Source: an uncultured Pelagibacteraceae bacterium (GTDB lineage: Bacteria > Pseudomonadota > Alphaproteobacteria > Pelagibacterales > AG-422-B15). Taken from it: a DNA stretch of 64,000 nucleotides. Shown one piece after another: positions 56,523-64,000 of this stretch. Made by a program: the position numbers and the translations under genes. A model generated the notes under the pieces. It worked only from the letters and a program-made list of their open reading frames with translations, searched no databases and was not told the DNA's origin. Position 1 is the first letter of the stretch. Each line of letters starts with the position of its first letter. The DNA is taken from positions 178-64,177 of the forward strand of contig CACGAG010000004.1 of the NCBI GenBank assembly GCA_902571005.1, given 5' to 3'.

Positions 56523-58520
56523 CTATATTTTCTTACTTATTAATTTGAATATTTTTTTTGCCGTGATCCCATAAAAATCGTAGAGCTTTTGATAAGGAGC
56601 ACTTGCTCCAAAATCTTTCATACCGATGTTTATTGTATTTTCAGGGCACACTTGGTTCCACCCAAAATTAGTTCCCGCCTCAATCGAGACATTAATTTCA
56701 GAGTTTCCTCTAATTATTTTTTGATACTTTTTACTTTGGATTTTAAACTGTTCCATGCACGGTACTGAAACGACTCTTACTAACTTTTTCTTTTTTTCAA
56801 GAATAGTCATTAGTTGCAGTGCAATTTCGACTTCAGAGCCAGACGCGAAAATAGAAATATTAGGTTTTTTTGAATTACTTTTTAATTCGTAAGCTCCTTG
56901 AGCACTAATATTTTTTGCATGATACTTTTTTCTTATCATTGGAAGTTTTTGCCTTGTAAGCGCAATTACACTTGGTCCCTTTGAATTTGAAAGCGCTAAT
57001 TCCCATGCTTCCGCAGTTTCAATTAAATCAGCAGGTCTAAAGACTTTTACATTTGGCGTTGCTCTTAATGATGCAAGCTGTTCAATTGGTTGATGCGTTG
57101 GGCCATCTTCACCAAGACCGATTGAGTCATGTGTTAATATATATATAGCTCTTTGTTTCATTAAAGCTGCAAGACGAAGAGATGGTTTACAATAATCTAA
57201 AAAAATTAAAAAGGTTCCACCAAATGGAATAATTCCTTTATGGAGTGACAACCCATTCATGATGGAAGCCATACCGTGCTCTCGTATTCCATAGTAAATA
57301 TAATTGCCATTGTAATTTGTAGAATTAATAACTTCCATTTTACTGCCTTTGGTATTGTTAGAGCCTGTTAAGTCTGCTGAGCCTCCAACCAATTCAGGTA
57401 GTGATGATGAAATTGTATTTATTACCATTTCTGATGCTTGTCGTGTGGCAACATCGAGTGGTTTCTTAATATATTTCTTCTTAAACTGATTAAAGTTTTG
57501 AATTAATTTTAATGGAAGCTTTCCCTCGATTCTTCTTATGTAATGAGCCTTTTTGCTTTTTGGAAGTTTCTCATAATTCAATTTCCAAGACTTATATGCA
57601 TCTATTGATTTTTTACTAAGATCTTTCCACTCCTCAAGTATATTTTTTGGAACTGTAAATGGTTTGTGTGGCCAATTCAGTTTAGTTCTAGTAAGTTTTA
57701 CTTCATCCTCACCAAGTGGTGAACCATGAACTGATGATTTTCCTTGTTTGTTTGGAGATCCAAAACCAATTTTAGTTTTACAAGAAATTAATGTTGGTTT
57801 CTTAGATTTTTGAGCTTTTTTAATTGACTGTATTATTTCTATAGGTTTGTGACCATTTATTTTAATTGTATTCCATCCATAGGCTTTAAATCTTTCAGCT
57901 GTATTTTCTGAGTTTGCCAGTTTAACAGGACCATCTATTGAAATCCCATTATCGTCAAAAAAAACAATTAATTTATTTAGTTTTAGATGTCCTGCAAAAG
58001 ATGCGACTTCATGAGAAATCCCCTCCATTAAATCACCATCACTTGCAATAACGTAAGTGAAATGATTTACAATTTTTTCGCCAAATTGACTTCTTAGTAT
58101 TTCTTCTGCTAACGCCATTCCAACTGCATTGCCGATACCTTGTCCAAGTGGGCCAGTCGTCGTTTCTATTCCTTTAGCGTGACCATACTCTGGATGACCT
58201 GCACATTTACTACCAAGCTGTCTAAATTTCTTGATTTCTTGAATAGTCATATCTTTATGACCGGTTAAATAGAGTAGTGAGTATAAAAGCATTGATCCAT
58301 GACCAGCAGATAGTACGAACCTATCTCTATCATGCCACCTTGGAACATTAGGATTGTATTTTAAAAACTTCGTAAAAAGAACAGTTGCTACATCTGCCAT
58401 ACCCATAGGTAAACCTGGGTGACCACTTTTTGCTTTTTCAACCGCATCGATCGAAAGAAACCTTATTGCGTTAGCTAAATCATCATGAGTAACTGCAGAC
58501 TGATCTTTTTTGTTAGGCAT
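56523..58520 (-). CDS. tkt: Transketolase
   Basis: SGHPG.PMG, LSAGHGSM, GHPE, TTGPLGQG, DGDLMEG, HGSPLG, GIREHGM, THDSIGLGEDGPTHQP. Confidence 0.98.
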   Translation of the reverse strand: MPNKKDQSAVTHDDLANAIRFLSIDAVEKAKSGHPGLPMGMADVATVLFTKFLKYNPNVPRWHDRDRFVLSAGHGSMLLYSLLYLTGHKDMTIQEIKKFRQLGSKCAGHPEYGHAKGIETTTGPLGQGIGNAVGMALAEEILRSQFGEKIVNHFTYVIASDGDLMEGISHEVASFAGHLKLNKLIVFFDDNGISIDGPVKLANSENTAERFKAYGWNTIKINGHKPIEIIQSIKKAQKSKKPTLISCKTKIGFGSPNKQGKSSVHGSPLGEDEVKLTRTKLNWPHKPFTVPKNILEEWKDLSKKSIDAYKSWKLNYEKLPKSKKAHYIRRIEGKLPLKLIQNFNQFKKKYIKKPLDVATRQASEMVINTISSSLPELVGGSADLTGSNNTKGSKMEVINSTNYNGNYIYYGIREHGMASIMNGLSLHKGIIPFGGTFLIFLDYCKPSLRLAALMKQRAIYILTHDSIGLGEDGPTHQPIEQLASLRATPNVKVFRPADLIETAEAWELALSNSKGPSVIALTRQKLPMIRKKYHAKNISAQGAYELKSNSKKPNISIFASGSEVEIALQLMTILEKKKKLVRVVSVPCMEQFKIQSKKYQKIIRGNSEINVSIEAGTNFGWNQVCPENTINIGMKDFGASAPYQKLYDFYGITAKKIFKLISKKI

Positions 58521-58685
58521 ATTATCAATAAATTGGATTTTGAGCTTAATATAAGCAATTATCTATAAAGAGTCTTAAATTTTAGCAAATTATTAACAAA
58601 AAAATAATCTGTCTATTTGCAATATTATAAGTTGACTGAGAACAAAAAAGACAGTTAAACTCGATTAAAGTTTCAAGGGGTTTTA

Positions 58686-58949
58686 ATGTCGGGTTATCAA
58701 GATTCAAAAGTTAAATTTAATGGTGCAATTGATAAACTTAGTGAGGAAATCGACAAATTAACAAAAAAAGCTCAAAGAGCTACAGAGTTGGAAGCGCAAA
58801 ATCAAAAATTACAAGAAAATAACTCTCATCTAGAAAATGAAATTAAGATTCTTAAGTCAGATTTTATGGAACTTAAAAATATTGCAGGCAATATTTCTTC
58901 TCAACTCGATGAAAACATTTATACCATAAAAGATATATTAGATTCTTAA
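58686..58949 (+). CDS. Coiled-coil protein upstream of zapA (DUF4164/ZapB-like)
   Basis: 87-aa heptad-rich sequence, AGGGG ribosome site, usual position before zapA. Confidence 0.6.
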   Translation: MSGYQDSKVKFNGAIDKLSEEIDKLTKKAQRATELEAQNQKLQENNSHLENEIKILKSDFMELKNIAGNISSQLDENIYTIKDILDS

Positions 58950-58952
58950 GCA

Positions 58953-59315
58953 ATGCCTGAAATAATTGTAAATATTAATGATCAAGATTATGCAATTGTC
59001 TGCGATCCGGGTGAAGAAAACCATCTTAAACATTTAAGCTCAAAAATTGACTATAAAGTGAGAGAATTAACTAAGAGATTTGGAAAAATTGGAGAAACTA
59101 GATTAATGGTAATGGCTTCACTGTTAATAGCAGATGAAATACATGAGCTAAATAAAAAACTTGAAACAAATATTGAAAAAATAAATTCTCTTGAAGCAAA
59201 CATTAGTTCAAAAGATAAAGAATTGACTGACCAGAAAAAAGAGAGTCAGGAATATCTAGACATTAGCAACGATAGATTAACAGATTTATTATCACGCTTG
59301 TCTCTTGTAAACTAA
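58953..59315 (+). CDS. zapA: Cell division protein ZapA
   Basis: V.IN.QDY.I.C..GEE.HL..L, GE.RL.VMA.LLIADE. Confidence 0.93.
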   Translation: MPEIIVNINDQDYAIVCDPGEENHLKHLSSKIDYKVRELTKRFGKIGETRLMVMASLLIADEIHELNKKLETNIEKINSLEANISSKDKELTDQKKESQEYLDISNDRLTDLLSRLSLVN

Positions 59316-59342
59316 TTTAAAAAATTAGATTTCATTTTATAC

Positions 59343-59918
59343 ATGATGAAAGTTGTGCAGCTGAGAGAAAAAGAAGCATTAAGAAAGTTTTTAATCAATC
59401 GACGCTCAAAACTTGGTCCATCAATTAATTTTCAGAGTAATATACTTAATAACATTAAGCCCGTCATAGAAGAAATAGAAAATGAATATATTGGAACTTA
59501 TATAAGTTTCAGAGATGAATTAGATACAAAAAAATTAAACCAATATTTACTTGAAAGAGAACTTAATTTAGCTTTACCAGCCATAGATTTTCAGACTAAA
59601 GAAATTAATTTCTTCATGTATCATAAAAACACTGAACTAATAGAAAATAAATTTTCTATCCTAGAACCTAAGAATAGAGATAAAGTTATCTTTCCAAAAA
59701 TTATTTTAATACCGTTATTAGGTTATTCCAAAAGTGGCTATAGGTTGGGGTACGGGGGTGGATATTATGATAAGTATTTATCAAAGAACGGTATTGGTGA
59801 TGTAAAAAAAATAGGAATAGCATTTTCATTTCAAGAAGTAGAAGAAATTCCTGTCGAAGATCATGATGAAAGACTTGATTGGATTTTAACTGAAAAACAT
59901 TTATATAAAGTTCAATGA
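59343..59918 (+). CDS. fau: 5-formyltetrahydrofolate cyclo-ligase
   Basis: Y..FRDELD, EP, LIPLLGY, RLGYGGGYYD, HDE.LD.ILTE. Confidence 0.93.
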   Translation: MMKVVQLREKEALRKFLINRRSKLGPSINFQSNILNNIKPVIEEIENEYIGTYISFRDELDTKKLNQYLLERELNLALPAIDFQTKEINFFMYHKNTELIENKFSILEPKNRDKVIFPKIILIPLLGYSKSGYRLGYGGGYYDKYLSKNGIGDVKKIGIAFSFQEVEEIPVEDHDERLDWILTEKHLYKVQ

Positions 59919-60715
59919 GAATTTTATTTTTAGGCGATGTAATGGGTCGATCTGGAAGACATGCTTTGAGAGATCATTTACCAGATGCTATTAAAAATAA
60001 TAATATAGATTTTGTTATTGCTAATGGGGAAAATTCTGCTGGTGGCTTTGGTATTACAGAGCCAATATGCAACGAATTATATTCTTATGGAGTTAATGTA
60101 ATCACAACTGGAAATCATTTGTGGGATCAAAAAGAGATAAATAGTTATATCGATAAAGATGATAAACTTTTAAAGCCTTATAATTTTGCTGAAGGCTCCC
60201 CAGGTTTAGGTGTAAATACTTATACGCATGAGAATGGACAAAAAATTGCGGTAATAAATTTAATGGGTAATCTATTTATGAGATCGTGTGATAATGCATT
60301 TTTTAAAATTGAAGAAGTTCTTAAAAATTTAAAAACTGAAGATCTATCATTTATATTTGTCGATTTTCATGCTGAAGCTACAAGTGAAAAAATGGCAATG
60401 GGACACCATCTTGACGGAAGAGTAACAGCAGTAGTTGGAACTCATACTCACGTTCCAACAGCAGATGCTACAATTATGGAACATGGAACGGCTTTTCAAA
60501 CTGACGCTGGAATGTGTGGCGACTATGATTCAGTTATTGGCACAAAAAAAAAGGAGTTTGTAAGAAAATTTGCTACGCAAGACACTGAGCGAAAAAGGGT
60601 ACCTCCGGCTGATGGCGAAGGAACATTATGTGGGGTTATTATAGAATCAAATACTGAAAACTACTTAGCAAAAAGCATTCGTTCAATCCGTGTTGGAGGA
60701 AAAATCGGTAATTAA
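59915..60715 (+). CDS. ymdB: TIGR00282/YmdB-family metallophosphoesterase
   Basis: LFLGDV.GRSGR, NGENSAGGFG, TTGNHLWD, DFHAEATSEK, GTHTHV.TAD, TDAGMCG. Confidence 0.92.
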   Translation: MRILFLGDVMGRSGRHALRDHLPDAIKNNNIDFVIANGENSAGGFGITEPICNELYSYGVNVITTGNHLWDQKEINSYIDKDDKLLKPYNFAEGSPGLGVNTYTHENGQKIAVINLMGNLFMRSCDNAFFKIEEVLKNLKTEDLSFIFVDFHAEATSEKMAMGHHLDGRVTAVVGTHTHVPTADATIMEHGTAFQTDAGMCGDYDSVIGTKKKEFVRKFATQDTERKRVPPADGEGTLCGVIIESNTENYLAKSIRSIRVGGKIGN

Positions 60716-61459
60716 ATGGCAGGCCACTCTAAGTTTAAAAACATTATGTACCGCAAAGGTGCACAAGATAAAAAGAGAGCTAGTTTATTTTCTAAACTTT
60801 CAAAGGAAATTACGGTAGCAGCTAAGTTAGGTGCGCCTGATCCTGATCAAAATGCGAGATTAAGATCGGCTATACAATTAGCAAAAGCCTCAAGTTTCCC
60901 AAAGGAAAATATTGATAGAGCCATAAAAAAATCTTTGGATAAAGATACTGTTAACTATGATCAAATGAGGTACGAAGGATTTGGTCCAAACGGAACGTCG
61001 ATAATTGTCGAGGCACTTACAGATAATCGAAATAGAACAGCCTCAAATGTAAGATCTGCATTTCAAAAATTTGGAGGTTCAATGGGCGAAACAGGTTCAG
61101 TCTCCCATGCATTTAATCATTATGGTTTTGTACGTTACAACAAAGACGTGACAAGTGAAGAAGATTTTTTCAACTTTTCAATTGAGGGTGGAGCTGAAGA
61201 TTGTTTTATCGAAGAAGATACTTATGAAGCAGTATCCACGCCGGAAAATCTGTCAAATTTATATAATTATTTAGATAAAAAATTTGGTGAACCTGTATCA
61301 TCAGGTTTCCAATGGAAACCTGTTACGTATGTAGCAATTAAGGGAGATAAACTTAAATCCCTTATTAACTTGCTAAATGAACTTGATAATGACGAGGATG
61401 TTCAACAAGTCTTTTCAAATTTTGAGGCATCAGACGAAGAATTAGCAAAGTTTGCTTAA
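60716..61459 (+). CDS. yebC: YebC/PmpR family protein
   Basis: MAGHSKFKNI..RKGAQD, YEGFGP.G, LTDNRNRT, DEDVQQVFSN. Confidence 0.96.
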   Translation: MAGHSKFKNIMYRKGAQDKKRASLFSKLSKEITVAAKLGAPDPDQNARLRSAIQLAKASSFPKENIDRAIKKSLDKDTVNYDQMRYEGFGPNGTSIIVEALTDNRNRTASNVRSAFQKFGGSMGETGSVSHAFNHYGFVRYNKDVTSEEDFFNFSIEGGAEDCFIEEDTYEAVSTPENLSNLYNYLDKKFGEPVSSGFQWKPVTYVAIKGDKLKSLINLLNELDNDEDVQQVFSNFEASDEELAKFA

Positions 61460-61525
61460 TTTATTCACTTTCAAAAAAAATTATATGAATTAATCTTAAA
61501 TTATTAAGTAATTCTGATTCGCTTT

Positions 61526-61906
61526 ATGCCAGGTAGTTCTCCAAAAAGAAAAGGTGATGGATACGAGAGAGAGCTTGCGAAGTACTTTAATGAAAAGATT
61601 TTTAATGGAGAAGATAAAGTTCAACGTATGCCTTTGTCAGGTGGTGGTGCTATCAAATCTTCTGGAGGTAGCGATTTAAAAAATACTCCTCATATATACG
61701 TCGAAGCTAAAAGAACTGAAAAGTTCAAAATTCATGAGTCAATGAGACAAGTATGCGAAAATATTGAAACATCTAAATCAGACTCAATGCCGGTTGTTAT
61801 AACGAGAAGAAATCGAGAGGCAACAGGGGACTCACTTTGTGTTTTGAAACTTGACGACTTCATAGAACTTTATCGAATATTAATTAATAGTAAAAAAGGA
61901 CTTTAG
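61526..61906 (+). CDS. Hjc-like (archaeal/phage-type) PD-(D/E)xK Holliday junction resolvase
   Basis: KRKGDGYERE, RMPLSG, SDL and YVEAKR reproduce the Hjc layout KG..xER / RxPxSG / D / ExK; no RuvC-type motifs. Confidence 0.75.
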   Translation: MPGSSPKRKGDGYERELAKYFNEKIFNGEDKVQRMPLSGGGAIKSSGGSDLKNTPHIYVEAKRTEKFKIHESMRQVCENIETSKSDSMPVVITRRNREATGDSLCVLKLDDFIELYRILINSKKGL

Positions 61907-61949
61907 GATTTGCCCTAATTAAGACAATATTTAATAATAATTGAAAATT

Positions 61950-62654
61950 ATGGAAAACGAAGATTTAGTAAGTGTTAGCCAAGTAAACGATGAGTTTACA
62001 TTAATTTCACTTTTTTTTAGAGCGGATATTGTCGTAAAGCTGGTAATTCTAATTCTGTTTGCTTCTTCTATTTTCTCATGGACTATAATAATTCATAAAA
62101 TTCGTTTATTTCGTTCTTTAAAAGAAATCAGTAAGCAGTTTGAGGAAGAATTTTGGTCGGGAAGATCAATAAAAGAAATCACGAGTAGCACGAGAGAATT
62201 ACCAGAAAGTCCAATTAAGTATGTTTTCAATGAAGCTGTTGATGAGATTGAAAAGTCTAATCAGGAAACTACAAAAAAAATAGATAGTTTAGTTGATAGA
62301 TTAAATCGTGTTATGGAGGCAGCAATAGATTTTCAAAATGAGAAGCTATCCGAATACTTTAGTTATTTGGCAACAATAGGAGCTACGACTCCATTTATTG
62401 GATTATTTGGAACGGTCTGGGGTATAATGAATTCTTTTCAATCTATTGCTATTTCAAGAAATACCTCCCTTGCAGTAGTTGCTCCTGGAATAGCTGAAGC
62501 ATTATTTGCAACAGCTCTAGGTTTATTAGCAGCAATACCAGCTGTTATAGCCTACAATATATTTACTAGTCAGGTGAATGATGAAAATGCAAGAATGTAT
62601 CGATTTAAAGAACATTTTAATGTCATTTTCTCAAGAGGCTTGAGTACGAAATAG
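61950..62654 (+). CDS. tolQ: Tol-Pal protein TolQ
   Basis: S..SW.II, LATIG...PFIGLFGTVWGIMNSF, VAPGIAEAL.ATA.GL.AAIPAV.AYN. ATG 61950 preferred over TTG 61941. Confidence 0.95.
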   Translation: MENEDLVSVSQVNDEFTLISLFFRADIVVKLVILILFASSIFSWTIIIHKIRLFRSLKEISKQFEEEFWSGRSIKEITSSTRELPESPIKYVFNEAVDEIEKSNQETTKKIDSLVDRLNRVMEAAIDFQNEKLSEYFSYLATIGATTPFIGLFGTVWGIMNSFQSIAISRNTSLAVVAPGIAEALFATALGLLAAIPAVIAYNIFTSQVNDENARMYRFKEHFNVIFSRGLSTK

Positions 62655-62667
62655 AAATTTTTAAATT

Positions 62668-63072
62668 GTGACACGTAACACTCGATCAAAACCATTCAGT
62701 GAAATTAACGTAACACCATTTGTTGATGTAATGTTGGTTTTATTAATCATTTTTATGGTAACCGCTCCTTTGTTAACAGTAGGAGTTCAGGTTGATTTAC
62801 CTGAAACAAATGCTGATACTTTACAATCAGACAATGAACCACTTGAGGTAACAATTGATGCGAGCGGTAATATATTTATTCAAGAGACCGAAATAGGAAT
62901 TTCCGAACTAGTTCCAAAAATGAAAGCAATAACAGAAAATAGGCTTGATACAAAAATTTATGTTAGAGGAGACGAAGCAATTGATTATGGACAGATAATG
63001 ATGGTTTTAGGTGAGCTATCTGGTTCTGGTTTTACTAAAGTTGCTTTGATTACTAAGCCATTAAGTAAATAA
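62668..63072 (+). CDS. tolR: Tol-Pal protein TolR
   Basis: SEINVTPFVDVMLVLLIIFMVTAPLL, V.LP, RGD..IDYG. Confidence 0.95.
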   Translation: MTRNTRSKPFSEINVTPFVDVMLVLLIIFMVTAPLLTVGVQVDLPETNADTLQSDNEPLEVTIDASGNIFIQETEIGISELVPKMKAITENRLDTKIYVRGDEAIDYGQIMMVLGELSGSGFTKVALITKPLSK

Positions 63073-63088
63073 TTAAAGCTATTTATAT

Positions 63089-63901
63089 ATGAGAGTTTCT
63101 GTTTTAGGGTCAATATTTCTACACGTTTTTATACTTTTATTCACGGTCTTATCTTTGCCATTATTTAATAATAATGATTTGGAAATGCCACCGGTCATAC
63201 AAGTTGAATTAATAGAAATTGCAGAAAAAACAAATGTCCCAGAAATTAGTAAAAAAATCGAAGAACAGAAAGAACCAATTGAAAAAAAGAAGGAAGAAAC
63301 AAAATTAAACCAGCCAATTAGTAAACCTAAAGATGAGAAATCCAACGAAAAAGTAAAAGATCCGAGCGATGAAGAAAAAATTGAAAAGACAAAATTAGAA
63401 GAAAAAATGATACAAAACATGCCTGTACGAAAACCTGAAGTAAAGAAAAAAGACAAATTTGATCCTCTTAAATTAGCTGAGTTAATCGATAAACAAAAAG
63501 ATACAAAAATGGATAATCCAGAAGAAATTATAGAAAAAGATTATGAAGCGTTAGACTCAACACCCAGTCTCGACAAACGACTTACTTTATCAGAGGAGGA
63601 TGCTATTAGAGCTCAATTCATGCAATGCTGGAGCATTCCTCTTGGAATTCCATATGATGATACAATGATTGTTAAAATTAAGATTTATTTAAATACAGAT
63701 GGTTCCTTGCTTAAACCCCCAGAGGTTGTTCAGCACGAAAGGATGAATAAGCCTAGCGAAAAATATTTTAGAACTCTTGCTGAAAGTGCCCTTAGAGCTG
63801 TAAGACGTTGTGATCCTATAAAAGTTCCAGATGTTGAAAGATATGACAATTGGAAAAATTTACAGTTGAATTTTGATCCTAGAGAGATACTAAGAGGATA
63901 A
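63089..63901 (+). CDS. tolA: Tol-Pal protein TolA-like
   Basis: N-terminal TM with S...H motif, K/E-rich linker, C-terminal TonB/TolA domain (CW.IP.G, AESA.RAV..C.P, F.P). Confidence 0.85.
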   Translation: MRVSVLGSIFLHVFILLFTVLSLPLFNNNDLEMPPVIQVELIEIAEKTNVPEISKKIEEQKEPIEKKKEETKLNQPISKPKDEKSNEKVKDPSDEEKIEKTKLEEKMIQNMPVRKPEVKKKDKFDPLKLAELIDKQKDTKMDNPEEIIEKDYEALDSTPSLDKRLTLSEEDAIRAQFMQCWSIPLGIPYDDTMIVKIKIYLNTDGSLLKPPEVVQHERMNKPSEKYFRTLAESALRAVRRCDPIKVPDVERYDNWKNLQLNFDPREILRG

Positions 63902-63907
63902 TTTATT

Positions 63908-64000
63908 ATGAAAAAAATACTTTTATATATCGTAATAGCTCTTCATTTTTCATCTATTTCATTTGCTATCATTGAAATTGATATTACTGAAGGTAATAGA
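63908..64000 (+). CDS. tolB: Tol-Pal protein TolB, N-terminus (truncated by window)
   Basis: MKKILLYIVIALHFSSISFA signal peptide, then IEIDITEGN; follows tolQRA. Confidence 0.8.
   Translation, partial: MKKILLYIVIALHFSSISFAIIEIDITEGNR

Noticed and set aside
58655-58668. CtrA-like site upstream of the zapB-like/zapA genes
   Set aside because: TTAA-N6-TTAA rather than N7, and TTAA is very frequent in this sequence.
47427-63456. Remaining short antisense or alternative-frame ORFs (47427, 48516, 48595, 48990, 49859, 51963, 53220, 53486, 54349, 55090, 56002, 63079)
   Set aside because: All overlap conserved housekeeping genes and show no coding signature of their own.
1-64000. CRISPR arrays, rRNA, IS elements, prophage
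   Set aside because: No regularly spaced repeats, rRNA-like sequence, transposase, integrase or virion genes recognised; manual reading could miss short degenerate repeats.

Overview
AT-rich bacterial window with tightly packed, often overlapping genes. Gene order and content point to a streamlined, probably marine alphaproteobacterium (trcR/DUF1013, Zn-free rpmE and rpmJ, cox IV-pntAA/AB/B, tkt/zapA/fau/ymdB/yebC/tolQRAB); the taxonomy is inferred, not tested. Bases 1 to about 37.2 kb are one plus-strand surface-glycan island: dTDP-sugar genes (rfbA broken by an in-frame TAA at the conserved EKP glutamate), a legionaminic-acid-type pathway with two formyltransferases, a de-N-acylase and three oxidoreductases, a second and very divergent NeuB coupled to a kinase-fold protein, an amidino/methyl tailoring cassette, wecB/wecC, Wzx/Wzy/Wzz/WaaL-like proteins and an embedded SET-domain gene. 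From 37.2 kb onward the window is core genome: tRNA-Val(GAC), ribosomal proteins, transhydrogenase, purE/K, glycolysis/pentose genes, cell division and Tol-Pal. Strongest leads: (1) an archaeal/phage Hjc-type Holliday-junction resolvase between yebC and tolQ, where ruvCAB normally lies; (2) a probable new N-formyl/amidino nonulosonic-acid glycan, with a NeuB lacking canonical catalytic residues; (3) an unannotated 44-aa basic protein coupled to rpmJ; (4) rpsU apparently starting at ATA; (5) no room for 6S RNA at its usual zapA-fau position; (6) a ROSE-type RNA thermometer with an RpoH-like promoter ahead of ibpA. No CRISPR array, rRNA, integrase or transposase was seen. All family assignments come from motif recognition by eye; no database search was run.
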